A DNA stretch of 64,000 nt from Escherichia coli (GCF_003334765.1 NZ_QOWT01000002.1), one strand, 5' to 3'; counted from the first letter of the stretch, positions 36,607-49,195 are shown. Notes: generated by a model not told the origin, from the sequence alone. Numbers and translations are program-made.

Positions 36607-37522
36607 TTATCACTTACTGGCGGCTCATACTGAGCTGGTTAATGCTGTGCACACACAAACAAGCAATTCCATTTGTAATGTGCCTCCCTGGCAGTTTCAT
36701 CCGGAACCCGGACGAAAGTAAAAATGCATATGAGTTGCACTAAAAAAGCGACTCACATTGTTCCGTTATAATGCCTGAAGTAGATCACAGAATATATCTT
36801 CAGGGATCGCATATCTATTAAGTTACTCACTCTTTTCTATTTATGACATGCGCGTGTTTGTATAAATGTAAATGTGAGTCCTTGTTCCACTCTCGTGCAG
36901 CATCGCTGGTCATACGCGAACACGTACCAACAGCAATGGTGAGGCGGCATCAAGAGCAGGGATCCGTCATTTATCCGAGCATTTTACCCCAAAAACCTTT
37001 TATTTATAAGGGTCATTGCGAATTATCTGATGCAAAGTTATGTTATGTTAGGCAAAGTAATCTTCTATTATTAATAAGCACATCAAAACCTTTTTGAATA
37101 TTAAATAATAATTAATTAGCATCATCCTCATTCATTAATTCCGCTTAACAATAGTTTCACACCTTGCCCCCATTGCGACACCTCGGAAATCATCACGCAG
37201 TTAAACTCTCCGTAATGAGGAAATATCATCATCGCGTTTCATTAGTGAATTCTTAAATGAGGCATTTTCACACAATTATCTTACAGATAAAAAAACCAGA
37301 CTTACAATTAAGAATCAGAACAATTCACTATATAACATTGCATGTAAAGCATATACACCTCATTATTTTGTCATTATTAAGTTATTAACAGCACAATCGA
37401 GCCTTCCCCTCTGGCAAAATCTTATTCTGCAGACCTTCAAAACACCGTCCTGGGGGAGTACATTGTTCTAAGCTGACTTCCACGGCAGGGAGTGGCGATA
37501 ACAGCAAAAAAGGTCAAGATTC

Positions 37523-38740
37523 ATGTCCCCCATTGAAAAATCCAGCAAATTAGAGAATGTCTGTTATGACATCCGTGGTCCGGTGCTGAAAGAAGCAAAA
37601 CGCCTGGAAGAAGAAGGTAACAAGGTACTGAAACTGAACATCGGCAACCCAGCCCCGTTCGGTTTTGACGCGCCAGATGAAATCCTCGTTGACGTGATAC
37701 GCAACCTGCCTACCGCTCAAGGGTATTGCGATTCCAAAGGTCTTTACTCCGCGCGTAAAGCCATCATGCAGCACTACCAGGCTCGTGGCATGCGTGATGT
37801 TACCGTGGAAGATATTTACATCGGCAATGGTGTATCGGAGCTTATCGTTCAGGCAATGCAGGCATTGCTGAACAGCGGGGACGAAATGTTGGTTCCTGCA
37901 CCAGATTACCCACTCTGGACCGCGGCGGTTTCGCTTTCCAGCGGTAAAGCGGTGCATTATCTTTGCGATGAATCCTCTGACTGGTTCCCGGACCTCGATG
38001 ATATTCGCGCTAAAATTACGCCTCGTACGCGTGGGATCGTTATTATCAACCCAAATAACCCAACCGGCGCGGTATATTCCAAAGAGCTTTTAATGGAGAT
38101 TGTGGAGATTGCACGTCAGCATAATCTCATTATCTTCGCCGATGAAATTTATGACAAAATTCTCTACGACGACGCTGAGCATCACTCAATTGCGCCGCTG
38201 GCACCTGACCTGCTGACCATTACCTTTAACGGACTGTCGAAAACGTACCGCGTTGCAGGCTTCCGTCAGGGGTGGATGGTGTTGAACGGGCCGAAAAAAC
38301 ACGCCAAAGGCTACATCGAAGGTCTGGAAATGCTGGCTTCAATGCGCCTGTGTGCTAACGTTCCTGCGCAACACGCCATTCAGACCGCGCTAGGTGGTTA
38401 TCAGAGCATCAGTGAATTTATTACCCCTGGCGGTCGTCTTTATGAGCAGCGTAACCGCGCGTGGGAACTGATCAACGATATTCCGGGCGTTTCCTGCGTG
38501 AAACCTCGTGGTGCGCTGTATATGTTCCCGAAAATCGACGCCAAACGCTTTAACATTCACGACGATCAGAAAATGGTGCTGGATTTCCTGTTGCAGGAAA
38601 AAGTTCTGTTGGTGCAAGGGACGGCATTCAACTGGCCGTGGCCGGATCACTTCCGCATTGTCACGCTACCGCGTGTCGATGATATCGAGCTGTCTTTGAG
38701 CAAGTTCGCGCGTTTCCTTTCTGGTTATCATCAGCTGTAA
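37523..38740 (+). CDS. alaA: AlaA (YfbQ), glutamate-pyruvate aminotransferase
   Basis: 405-aa class-I aminotransferase with PLP-lysine motif LSKTYRVAG. Confidence 0.94.
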   Translation: MSPIEKSSKLENVCYDIRGPVLKEAKRLEEEGNKVLKLNIGNPAPFGFDAPDEILVDVIRNLPTAQGYCDSKGLYSARKAIMQHYQARGMRDVTVEDIYIGNGVSELIVQAMQALLNSGDEMLVPAPDYPLWTAAVSLSSGKAVHYLCDESSDWFPDLDDIRAKITPRTRGIVIINPNNPTGAVYSKELLMEIVEIARQHNLIIFADEIYDKILYDDAEHHSIAPLAPDLLTITFNGLSKTYRVAGFRQGWMVLNGPKKHAKGYIEGLEMLASMRLCANVPAQHAIQTALGGYQSISEFITPGGRLYEQRNRAWELINDIPGVSCVKPRGALYMFPKIDAKRFNIHDDQKMVLDFLLQEKVLLVQGTAFNWPWPDHFRIVTLPRVDDIELSLSKFARFLSGYHQL

Positions 38741-38823
38741 TCTTAATTTCACTGCCGGAGATTGCATCCGGCAGCGTTATCCCGCCACAATGACCTGATG
38801 ATGTCATCATACGTAAGGTCACT

Positions 38824-39423
38824 ATGAAACAGAGCCATTTTTTTGCCCATCTCTCCCGCCTGAAACTCATTAACCGCTGGCCGCTCATGCGCAACGTGCG
38901 GACGGAAAATGTGTCCGAACACAGTTTGCAGGTAGCGATGGTCGCCCATGCGCTGGCAGCTATCAAAAATCGAAAATTTGGCGGTAATGTCAACGCCGAA
39001 CGTATCGCTTTACTGGCGATGTACCACGATGCCTCAGAAGTGCTCACCGGCGATCTCCCTACTCCGGTGAAATACTTCAATTCGCAAATCGCTCAGGAGT
39101 ACAAGGCTATTGAAAAAATCGCTCAGCAAAAACTGGTCGATATGGTTCCGGAAGAGCTGCGGGATATCTTTGCGCCGTTAATTGACGAGCATGCATATAG
39201 CGATGAAGAAAAATCGCTGGTGAAACAGGCAGATGCACTGTGTGCATATCTGAAATGTCTGGAAGAACTCGCGGCCGGAAATAATGAATTCTTGCTGGCA
39301 AAAACGCGACTGGAAGCGACGCTTGAAGCGCGTCGCAGCCAGGAGATGGACTACTTCATGGAAATATTTGTTCCCAGCTTCCATCTTTCGCTCGATGAGA
39401 TTAGCCAGGATTCACCGCTGTAA
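38824..39423 (+). CDS. yfbR: YfbR, HD-domain 5'-deoxynucleotidase
   Basis: 199-aa ORF with HD motif (MYHDASEV). Confidence 0.93.
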   Translation: MKQSHFFAHLSRLKLINRWPLMRNVRTENVSEHSLQVAMVAHALAAIKNRKFGGNVNAERIALLAMYHDASEVLTGDLPTPVKYFNSQIAQEYKAIEKIAQQKLVDMVPEELRDIFAPLIDEHAYSDEEKSLVKQADALCAYLKCLEELAAGNNEFLLAKTRLEATLEARRSQEMDYFMEIFVPSFHLSLDEISQDSPL

Positions 39424-39435
39424 GCAGCCGGAGTC

Positions 39436-39476
39436 TGCGTCGCATCAGGCAATAAGCGCCGGATGCGACATCAGGC
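39436..39476. repeat. REP-like palindromic element between yfbR and yfbS
   Basis: GCGTCGCATCAGGC...GCCGGATGCGACATCAGGC inverted repeat of the REP type between convergent genes. Confidence 0.65.
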
Positions 39477-39481
39477 TCTTG

Positions 39482-41314
39482 TCAAAACGGAAACAGCATC
39501 GGGATCATCACCACACAAACCGCCATCACGATAATGGTGAACGGTACCCCCAACTTCACAAAGTCACTGAAGCTGTAATTTCCCGGACCTAAAACCAGTG
39601 TGTTAACAGGTGAAGAAACCGGTGTCATAAAGGCGGCGGATGCTGCCATCGCCACGACCATCGCGAATGGATAAGGCGACACCCCCATCGTTTTGGCAGC
39701 AGCCAGCGCAATCGGAGCCATCAACACCGCCGTCGCGGTATTAGAGATAAATAGCCCAATAACCGCCGACAAGACAAACAAACACCCCAGCATCATATGT
39801 GGCCCGTAACCACCGCCAATGTCCATCAGCCCTTTCACCGCCAGCGCGACACCTCCCGTTTTCTGTAATGCCACAGCAAACGGCATCATCCCAACGATCA
39901 AAATAATGCTTGGCCAGTGAATGGATTTATAGGCGCTTTCAGCATCTATACAGCGGAATTTCCCCATCAGCAGGCAGGCGATGATAGCGGCAACAGGATT
40001 AGGAATTTCATCTGTCAGCATTAACGCCACCATTAGCACCAGACAGAAAATGGCATGGGGTGCCTGGCTGTGCGCGGGTGATGCTTCACTCACCTCTTCC
40101 GGTAAGTTCAGCGCTACGAAGTCGCGGCCCTGTTTGGCCAGCATACCGATCAGTTTCCAGTTACCCACAACCAGGATGATATCGCCCAGCAGCAGAGGCT
40201 CATCCGCCAGCGAACCTTCCAGCGCCACGCCATTGCGCTTTAGCCCCACCACATTCAGTCCGTAGCGGGTACGAAAACCAATTTCGCGCACCGATTTACC
40301 AATCAGTTCTGACTCAGGAATTAATGAAATCTCTGCCATGCCCACATCAAGGGCCTGGTCAGAAAAATACTCGCCGCGCAGTACCATCGGCTCCAGCAAT
40401 TGCTCACTACAAAATTGCCGGAGATCGACATCAGCCGCAGACATATCAATAAGCAAAACGTCACGCGCGCGAAATTCAGAAACCCCATTAACGTTCACGA
40501 TAACGCGACGAAAACGCCGCCAGCGTTCAACACCGATGACGTTAGCGCCATAACGCTCACGTAATTTGAGATCATCCAGCCGTTGACCAATCATTGGCGA
40601 TCCGGGGCGAATAGCCAGACGTCGCGCACGCCCGGTCAGTCGATATTCACGGATAAGATCGCGAAAGGTTCGACGCGTCCAGCCTTCGCGCTGCGGGGTC
40701 TGGGTATCCCCTTTCAGCATGAAACGCATCACTAACATATACAAAATACCCAGCACCAGCACGACCAGGCCAATAGGTGTTACGCTAAAGAAACTGAAGC
40801 CGTGATAGCCTTCACGCAGCAATTCACTGTTGACTACCAGGTTCGGCGGCGTCGCCACCAGCGTCATCATGCCGCTAATCAGCCCGGCAAAACTTAACGG
40901 CATCATCAGACGTGACGGCGACGTTTGCATACGCATGGCAACGCTTAACACCACGGGAATAAAGATAGCGACAACGCCGGTTGAACTCATAAACGCGCCA
41001 AGCCCCGCGACGGTCAGCATCAACAAAACCAACATTTTGATTTCACTATTGCCCGCAACTTTGACCAGCCATGTTCCCATTACGGTGGCAACACCGGTAC
41101 GGACCAAACCATCGCCAATAATAAACAAGGCGGCAATCAGGACAACGTTAGGATCAGAAAAGCCGGAAAATACTTCTGGGACTGTCAGCGTTCCGCTTAA
41201 TGCAAACGCGACAATAACAAACAAAGCGACCGCATCCATACGCACTCTGCCCGTCGCAAACAAGACGATGGCAACGGCCAGTAATGAAAGAACCCAAATC
41301 AATTCACCGTTCAC
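39482..41314 (-). CDS. yfbS: YfbS, predicted transporter with tandem cytoplasmic TrkA-C (RCK_C) domains
   Basis: 610-aa ORF, GTG start; hydrophobic N- and C-terminal halves flanking a soluble central region. Confidence 0.92.
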
Positions 41315-41356
41315 AACTTATCCTTGTTAATTGAGGGGGATGACTTGATTCTGCCA

Positions 41357-41382
41357 TAAAAAAGCCCCGACGAGACGGGGCT
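41357..41382 (-). terminator. Intrinsic terminator after hxpA (yfbT)
   Basis: Minus strand AGCCCCG-loop-CGGGGCT followed by UUUUUUAU, 19 nt after the hxpA stop. Confidence 0.7.
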
Positions 41383-41400
41383 AAATCATGATCAGGTGTT

Positions 41401-42051
41401 TCACTGAATAATAACATCGCCATTTGGCTGTTTGGTCACAGTAATTTGCTCCAGACTGTGGAGGACCAAATCGACCTCATTCAGGCGCGGGGTATCTGCC
41501 GGAGCGTTAACCGCAATGACATGACAACCCGCCGCCAGGCCAGAAAGCACGCCAGCGGGAGCATCTTCCACCACCACACACTCCTGCGGCGCAAGCCCCA
41601 GCAGCTGCGCGCCTAACAGATACGCATCAGGTTCTGGTTTTCCGCGCTTCACTCGCTCAGCGGTTACAAACACCTCTGGTGCGGGAAGCCCAGCTATTTT
41701 ATGGCGCGCTCGCGCTACCGGCATGGAGCCAGAAGTCACAATGGCCCACGGAATACCTGCTTTATTCAAATGACTGAGTAAGGCGATTGCCCCCGGAAGC
41801 GCGGTAATACCTTCGGTTTCCGTGGCCTCGATGTGCTCCAGACGCGTAAACTCGGCGGCAATATCAGCCTCGGATTTGCCCGCCATAAAATGGCGCAGAG
41901 AGGTGATCGCCTGTTTACCGTGAATGAAAGCCAGCACCTCTTCCGGCGCTAACCCATGACGTCTGGCCCAGTTGCTCCACGCCCGTTCTACCGCAGGCAG
42001 GGAATCCACCAGCGTTCCATCAAGATCAAACAGAAAACCTTTGCACCGCAC
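41401..42051 (-). CDS. hxpA: HxpA (YfbT), HAD-family sugar-phosphate phosphatase
   Basis: 216-aa protein from GTG at 42049-42051 with HAD motif I FDLDGTLVDS; ORF track extends 6 codons upstream to 42069, overlapping the yfbU stop. Confidence 0.88.
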   Translation of the reverse strand: MRCKGFLFDLDGTLVDSLPAVERAWSNWARRHGLAPEEVLAFIHGKQAITSLRHFMAGKSEADIAAEFTRLEHIEATETEGITALPGAIALLSHLNKAGIPWAIVTSGSMPVARARHKIAGLPAPEVFVTAERVKRGKPEPDAYLLGAQLLGLAPQECVVVEDAPAGVLSGLAAGCHVIAVNAPADTPRLNEVDLVLHSLEQITVTKQPNGDVIIQ

Positions 42052-42061
42052 GCGGGCCTCC

Positions 42062-42634
<573 letters not shown>

Positions 42635-42638
42635 TCAA

Positions 42639-43094
42639 TTACAAATCATCAAGGAAAGTTTTATCCAGTTGTTTGAAGGCGCGCTTAAGCGTGTCAGCTA
42701 ATGCCTGGTAATCAGGCTTGCCTTCAACGGGTGCCAACACCTGTCCAGACTCCTGCAATTTACCGCGAACTTCATAAAACCAGTTAAGGATTGCAGGGGG
42801 TAATGGCGTGACAGAACGCTTGCCCAGCCACCACAATCCCTGCATGGGTAAACTTAAGGCGAACAGGGCAGTGGCAACTGCCGGCCCAAGCTGACCGCCC
42901 AGGGCAATCTGCCAGCAGAGAGTAAATACGGCGATCGGCGGCATAAAACGGATCGCATAACGCGTCATCTTGATAACGCGATTTTCGACAAAGACCGGGG
43001 CAAGGCGTTTTTCCAGCGGCCACGTCTTTGAGTAATGCTGTCCCCGGCGAAACAAGCTAAAAAAATTAACAGAACGATTATCCGGCGTTGACAT
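42639..43094 (-). CDS. yfbV: YfbV, UPF0208-family inner membrane protein
   Basis: 151-aa ORF with two hydrophobic segments. Confidence 0.9.
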
Positions 43095-43431
43095 GCTTCA
43101 CCTCAACTTCACATATAAAGATTCAAAAATTTGTGCAAATTCACAACTCAGCGGGACAACGTTCAAAACATTTTGTCTTCCATACCCACTATCAGGTATC
43201 CTTTAGCAGCCTGAAGGCCTAAGTAGTACATATTCATTGAGTCGTCAAATTCATATACATTATGCCATTGGCTGAAAATTACGCAAAATGGCATAGACTC
43301 AAGATATTTCTTCCATCATGCAAAAAAAATTTGCAGTGCATGATGTTAATCATAAATGTCGGTGTCATCATGCGCTACGCTCTATGGCTCCCTGACGTTT
43401 TTTTAGCCACGTATCAATTATAGGTACTTCC
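43095..43431 (+). promoter_or_regulatory. ackA promoter/leader region
   Basis: 337-bp AT-rich region upstream of ackA; individual sites not resolved. Confidence 0.4.
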
Positions 43432-44634
43432 ATGTCGAGTAAGTTAGTACTGGTTCTGAACTGCGGTAGTTCTTCACTGAAATTTGCCATCATCGATGCA
43501 GTAAATGGTGAAGAGTACCTTTCTGGTTTAGCCGAATGTTTCCACCTGCCCGAAGCACGTATCAAATGGAAAATGGACGGCAATAAACAGGAAGCGGCTT
43601 TAGGTGCAGGCGCCGCTCACAGCGAAGCGCTCAACTTTATCGTTAATACTATTCTGGCACAAAAACCAGAACTGTCTGCGCAGCTGACTGCTATCGGTCA
43701 CCGTATCGTACACGGCGGCGAAAAGTATACCAGCTCCGTAGTGATCGATGAGTCTGTTATTCAGGGTATCAAAGATGCAGCTTCTTTTGCACCGCTGCAC
43801 AACCCGGCTCACCTGATCGGTATCGAAGAAGCTCTGAAATCTTTCCCACAGCTGAAAGACAAAAACGTTGCTGTATTTGACACCGCGTTCCACCAGACTA
43901 TGCCGGAAGAGTCTTACCTCTACGCCCTGCCTTACAACCTGTACAAAGAGCACGGCATCCGTCGTTACGGCGCGCACGGCACCAGCCACTTCTATGTAAC
44001 CCAGGAAGCGGCAAAAATGCTGAACAAACCGGTAGAAGAACTGAACATCATCACCTGCCACCTGGGCAACGGTGGTTCCGTTTCTGCTATCCGCAACGGT
44101 AAATGCGTTGACACCTCTATGGGCCTGACCCCGCTGGAAGGTCTGGTCATGGGTACCCGTTCTGGTGATATCGATCCGGCGATCATCTTCCACCTGCACG
44201 ACACCCTGGGCATGAGCGTTGACGCAATCAACAAACTGCTGACCAAAGAGTCTGGCCTGCTGGGTCTGACCGAAGTGACCAGCGACTGCCGCTATGTTGA
44301 AGACAACTACGCGACGAAAGAAGACGCGAAGCGCGCAATGGACGTTTACTGCCACCGCCTGGCGAAATACATCGGTGCCTACACTGCGCTGATGGATGGT
44401 CGTCTGGACGCTGTTGTATTCACTGGTGGTATCGGTGAAAATGCCGCAATGGTTCGTGAACTGTCTCTGGGCAAACTGGGCGTGCTGGGCTTTGAAGTTG
44501 ATCATGAACGCAACCTGGCTGCACGTTTCGGCAAATCTGGTTTCATCAACAAAGAAGGTACCCGTCCTGCGGTGGTTATCCCAACCAACGAAGAACTGGT
44601 TATCGCGCAAGACGCGAGCCGCCTGACTGCCTGA
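43432..44634 (+). CDS. ackA: Acetate kinase
   Basis: 400-aa ORF recognised as AckA (starts [20 protein letters not shown]); followed by hairpin and pta. Confidence 0.97.
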   Translation: MSSKLVLVLNCGSSSLKFAIIDAVNGEEYLSGLAECFHLPEARIKWKMDGNKQEAALGAGAAHSEALNFIVNTILAQKPELSAQLTAIGHRIVHGGEKYTSSVVIDESVIQGIKDAASFAPLHNPAHLIGIEEALKSFPQLKDKNVAVFDTAFHQTMPEESYLYALPYNLYKEHGIRRYGAHGTSHFYVTQEAAKMLNKPVEELNIITCHLGNGGSVSAIRNGKCVDTSMGLTPLEGLVMGTRSGDIDPAIIFHLHDTLGMSVDAINKLLTKESGLLGLTEVTSDCRYVEDNYATKEDAKRAMDVYCHRLAKYIGAYTALMDGRLDAVVFTGGIGENAAMVRELSLGKLGVLGFEVDHERNLAARFGKSGFINKEGTRPAVVIPTNEELVIAQDASRLTA

Positions 44635-44639
44635 TTTCA

Positions 44640-44669
44640 CACCGCCAGCTCAGCTGGCGGTGCTGTTTT
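44640..44669 (+). terminator. Hairpin in the ackA-pta intergenic region (partial terminator/attenuator)
   Basis: 10-bp stem CACCGCCAGC/GCTGGCGGTG followed by CTGTTTTG, 6 nt after the ackA stop. Confidence 0.6.
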
Positions 44670-44708
44670 GTAACCCGCCAAATCGGCGGTAACGAAAGAG
44701 GATAAACC

Positions 44709-46853
44709 GTGTCCCGTATTATTATGCTGATCCCTACCGGAACCAGCGTCGGTCTGACCAGCGTCAGCCTTGGCGTGATCCGTGCAATGGAACGCAAAGG
44801 CGTTCGTCTGAGCGTTTTCAAACCTATCGCTCAGCCGCGTACCGGTGGCGATGCGCCCGATCAGACTACGACTATCGTGCGTGCGAACTCTTCCACCACG
44901 ACGGCCGCTGAACCGCTGAAAATGAGCTACGTTGAAGGTCTGCTTTCCAGCAATCAGAAAGATGTGCTGATGGAAGAGATCGTCGCAAACTACCACGCTA
45001 ACACCAAAGACGCTGAAGTCGTTCTGGTTGAAGGTCTGGTCCCGACACGTAAGCACCAGTTTGCCCAGTCTCTGAACTACGAAATCGCTAAAACGCTGAA
45101 TGCGGAAATCGTCTTCGTTATGTCTCAGGGCACTGACACCCCGGAACAGCTGAAAGAGCGTATCGAACTGACCCGCAACAGCTTCGGCGGTGCCAAAAAC
45201 ACCAACATCACCGGCGTTATCGTTAACAAACTGAACGCACCGGTTGATGAACAGGGTCGTACTCGCCCGGATCTGTCCGAGATTTTCGACGACTCTTCCA
45301 AAGCTAAAGTAAACAATGTTGATCCGGCGAAGCTGCAAGAATCCAGCCCGCTGCCGGTTCTCGGCGCTGTGCCGTGGAGCTTTGACCTGATCGCGACTCG
45401 TGCGATCGATATGGCTCGCCACCTGAATGCGACCATCATCAACGAAGGCGACATCAATACTCGCCGCGTTAAATCCGTCACTTTCTGCGCACGCAGCATT
45501 CCGCACATGCTGGAGCACTTCCGTGCCGGTTCTCTGCTGGTGACTTCCGCAGACCGTCCTGACGTGCTGGTGGCCGCTTGCCTGGCAGCCATGAACGGCG
45601 TAGAAATCGGTGCCCTGCTGCTGACTGGCGGTTACGAAATGGACGCGCGCATTTCTAAACTGTGCGAACGTGCTTTCGCTACCGGCCTGCCGGTATTTAT
45701 GGTGAACACCAACACCTGGCAGACCTCTCTGAGCCTGCAGAGCTTCAACCTGGAAGTTCCGGTTGACGATCACGAACGTATCGAGAAAGTTCAGGAATAC
45801 GTTGCTAACTACATCAACGCTGACTGGATCGAATCTCTGACTGCCACTTCTGAGCGCAGCCGTCGTCTGTCTCCGCCTGCGTTCCGTTATCAGCTGACTG
45901 AACTTGCGCGCAAAGCGGGCAAACGTATCGTACTGCCGGAAGGTGACGAACCGCGTACCGTTAAAGCAGCCGCTATCTGTGCTGAACGTGGTATCGCAAC
46001 TTGCGTACTGCTGGGTAATCCGGCAGAGATCAACCGTGTTGCAGCGTCTCAGGGTGTAGAACTGGGTGCAGGGATTGAAATCGTTGATCCAGAAGTGGTT
46101 CGCGAAAGCTATGTTGGTCGTCTGGTCGAACTGCGTAAGAACAAAGGCATGACCGAAACCGTTGCCCGCGAACAGCTGGAAGACAACGTGGTGCTCGGTA
46201 CGCTGATGCTGGAACAGGATGAAGTTGATGGTCTGGTTTCCGGTGCTGTTCACACTACCGCAAACACCATCCGTCCGCCGCTGCAGCTGATCAAAACTGC
46301 ACCGGGCAGCTCCCTGGTATCTTCCGTGTTCTTCATGCTGCTGCCGGAACAGGTTTACGTTTACGGTGACTGTGCGATCAACCCGGATCCGACCGCTGAA
46401 CAGCTGGCAGAAATCGCGATTCAGTCCGCTGATTCCGCTGCGGCCTTCGGTATCGAACCGCGCGTTGCTATGCTCTCCTACTCCACCGGTACTTCTGGTG
46501 CAGGTAGCGACGTAGAAAAAGTTCGCGAAGCAACTCGTCTGGCGCAGGAAAAACGTCCTGACCTGATGATCGACGGTCCGCTGCAGTACGACGCTGCGGT
46601 AATGGCTGACGTTGCGAAATCCAAAGCGCCGAACTCTCCGGTTGCAGGTCGCGCTACCGTGTTCATCTTCCCGGATCTGAACACCGGTAACACCACCTAC
46701 AAAGCGGTACAGCGTTCTGCCGACCTGATCTCCATCGGGCCGATGCTGCAGGGTATGCGCAAGCCGGTTAACGACCTGTCCCGTGGCGCACTGGTTGACG
46801 ATATCGTCTACACCATCGCGCTGACTGCGATTCAGTCTGCACAGCAGCAGTAA
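44709..46853 (+). CDS. pta: Phosphate acetyltransferase
   Basis: 714-aa ORF, GTG start preceded by AAGAGG RBS; recognised as Pta; strong terminator downstream. Confidence 0.97.
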
Positions 46854-46863
46854 TCTCGTCATC

Positions 46864-46925
46864 ATCCGCAGCTTTGCGCTGCGGATATCTGAACCGGAAA
46901 TAATCACTATTTCCGGTTTTTTATT
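46864..46925 (+). terminator. pta terminator (tandem hairpins, second U-tailed)
   Basis: ATCCGCAGC-TTTG-GCTGCGGAT then CCGGAAATA-loop-TATTTCCGG followed by TTTTTT. Confidence 0.8.
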
Positions 46926-47042
46926 CTCTTAATTTGCATTAATCCTTTCTGATTATCTTGCTTAACTGCGCTGCATCAATGAATTGCGCCATCCCACTTT
47001 GCATACTTACCACTTTGTTTTGTGCAAGGGAATATTTGCGCT

Positions 47043-48563
47043 ATGTCCGCAATCACTGAATCCAAACCAACAAGAAGATGGGCAATGCCCGATACGTTGG
47101 TGATTATCTTTTTTGTTGCTATTTTAACCAGCCTTGCCACCTGGGTAGTTCCGGTGGGGATGTTTGACAGTCAGGAAGTGCAGTATCAGGTTGATGGTCA
47201 AACAAAAACACGCAAAGTCGTAGATCCACACTCATTTCGCATTCTGACTAACGAAGCAGGCGAACCTGAGTATCACCGCGTACAGCTGTTCACGACGGGC
47301 GATGAACGCCCGGGCCTGATGAACTTCCCGTTTGAAGGATTAACCTCAGGATCGAAATACGGGACAGCCGTTGGCATCATCATGTTTATGCTGGTGATTG
47401 GCGGCGCGTTTGGCATTGTGATGCGTACAGGAACCATTGATAACGGTATCCTGGCGCTTATTCGCCATACCCGCGGGAATGAAATTCTCTTTATTCCTGC
47501 GCTGTTTATTCTGTTTTCACTTGGCGGCGCGGTATTTGGTATGGGAGAAGAGGCCGTCGCCTTTGCCATTATCATCGCACCGCTAATGGTCCGGCTGGGC
47601 TATGACAGTATTACCACCGTCCTGGTGACCTATATTGCCACGCAAATCGGTTTTGCCAGTTCGTGGATGAACCCGTTTTGTGTGGTCGTTGCTCAGGGGA
47701 TTGCCGGCGTTCCGGTGCTTTCTGGCTCCGGGTTGCGCATCGTGGTGTGGGTTATCGCCACTCTGATTGGCCTGATCTTTACCATGGTGTACGCCTCACG
47801 AGTGAAAAAGAATCCTCTTCTGTCACGCGTGCATGAGTCCGACCGCTTCTTTCGTGAAAAGCAGGCTGATGTTGAACAACGTCCGTTTACCTTTGGTGAC
47901 TGGCTGGTATTGATTGTCCTGACCGCCGTAATGGTCTGGGTGATTTGGGGCGTGATCGTTAATGCCTGGTTTATTCCAGAAATTGCCAGCCAGTTCTTCA
48001 CCATGGGTCTGGTGATTGGCATCATCGGCGTTGTTTTCCGCCTTAACGGCATGACGGTTAATACCATGGCTTCATCCTTTACCGAAGGGGCGCGAATGAT
48101 GATCGCCCCTGCCCTGCTGGTGGGTTTCGCCAAAGGGATTTTGCTGCTGGTCGGTAATGGTGAAGCGGGTGATGCCAGCGTGTTAAATACCATCCTCAAC
48201 AGCATTGCCAATGCCATTAGCGGTCTGGACAACGCGGTCGCGGCCTGGTTTATGTTGCTCTTCCAGGCGGTATTTAATTTCTTCGTGACGTCCGGTTCTG
48301 GTCAGGCGGCGTTAACCATGCCGTTACTGGCACCGCTTGGCGATCTGGTCGGTGTTAACCGTCAGGTTACCGTGCTGGCGTTCCAGTTTGGTGATGGCTT
48401 CAGTCACATCATTTACCCAACCTCAGCGTCGTTAATGGCAACGCTCGGTGTGTGCAGGGTGGACTTCCGTAACTGGCTGAAGGTGGGCGCGACCCTACTT
48501 GGACTGCTGTTTATTATGTCCAGCGTCGTAGTGATCGGCGCTCAGTTGATGGGCTACCACTAA
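47043..48563 (+). CDS. yfcC: YfcC, predicted inner-membrane transporter
   Basis: 506-aa polytopic membrane protein starting MSAITESKP; ORF track begins 7 codons upstream. Confidence 0.88.
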   Translation: MSAITESKPTRRWAMPDTLVIIFFVAILTSLATWVVPVGMFDSQEVQYQVDGQTKTRKVVDPHSFRILTNEAGEPEYHRVQLFTTGDERPGLMNFPFEGLTSGSKYGTAVGIIMFMLVIGGAFGIVMRTGTIDNGILALIRHTRGNEILFIPALFILFSLGGAVFGMGEEAVAFAIIIAPLMVRLGYDSITTVLVTYIATQIGFASSWMNPFCVVVAQGIAGVPVLSGSGLRIVVWVIATLIGLIFTMVYASRVKKNPLLSRVHESDRFFREKQADVEQRPFTFGDWLVLIVLTAVMVWVIWGVIVNAWFIPEIASQFFTMGLVIGIIGVVFRLNGMTVNTMASSFTEGARMMIAPALLVGFAKGILLLVGNGEAGDASVLNTILNSIANAISGLDNAVAAWFMLLFQAVFNFFVTSGSGQAALTMPLLAPLGDLVGVNRQVTVLAFQFGDGFSHIIYPTSASLMATLGVCRVDFRNWLKVGATLLGLLFIMSSVVVIGAQLMGYH

Positions 48564-48572
48564 AAATGTTAA

Positions 48573-48598
48573 GAGCCGCAATTGCGGCTCTTTTTTCA
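48573..48598. terminator. Bidirectional terminator shared by convergent yfcC and yfcD
   Basis: GAGCCGCA-AT-TGCGGCTC stem followed by TTTTTT; the yfcD stop codon lies in the T-tract. Confidence 0.8.
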
Positions 48599-49138
48599 TT
48601 CTGCCGTTTCAGTCTCTACGGCTTCATTTTTGGCATTGCGCTTCATCCACAACGCTAGCGCTTTCAGCGAGTCTGGAGTGAACTCATCGCAGCGTGCGGT
48701 GATTTCTTCCGGCGTCAGCCAGCAAACTTCACTGACTTCATCTTCCTGTAGTGCGAAGGGACCGTGAGAGACGCAGCTGAACAATGCGCCCCAGACACGG
48801 CAATTTTTATCTTCGAAATAGAACTGCCCGTGCTCGGCAAAGGGGACACCGGCAATGCCCAACTCTTCTTCCGCTTCGCGACGCGCGGATTCCAGCAGTT
48901 GCTCATCGGCCTGGACTACACCGCCTGCGGTCGCATCTAACATGCCGGGTAAAAAGTCTTTTGTCTCGGTACGACGCTGGACCAGAATTTTGCCCATGCC
49001 ATCATGCACGACGATGTAAGTTGCACGATGACGCAGACACTGTGCCCGCATTTGTTCCCGGCTGGCTTGTGCAATGACTTCGTTCTCTTCATTGACAATA
49101 TCCACCCATTCAGTACTTGCCAAACGACGCTGTTCCAT
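48596..49138 (-). CDS. yfcD: YfcD, Nudix hydrolase
   Basis: 180-aa ORF with Nudix-box-like REAEEELGI; stop codon sits inside the yfcC terminator T-tract. Confidence 0.9.
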
Positions 49139-49195
49139 TATCAGGAAACCTTCTTTTTCTGGCGCTCTTACGGCGCATTTTGAGTTGTGGGTAAA

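Noticed and set aside
36843-37097. 84-aa ORF in the lrhA-alaA intergenic region.
   Set aside because: Cys/Lys-rich low-complexity translation in very AT-rich DNA, no convincing RBS; kept only as part of the intergenic-region finding.
44637-46907. 756-aa ORF on the minus strand (also 43600-44640 346 aa, 28847-30130 427 aa, 32107-33549 480 aa, 23935-24993 352 aa, 5783-6946 387 aa, 58944-59714 256 aa, 62386-62916 176 aa).
   Set aside because: Each is antisense to and in codon register with a well-known gene (pta, ackA, nuoG, nuoC, nuoL, menB, purF, folC). Translations are low-complexity Arg/Gln/His-rich with no recognisable domains, as expected for the mirror of a codon-biased gene.
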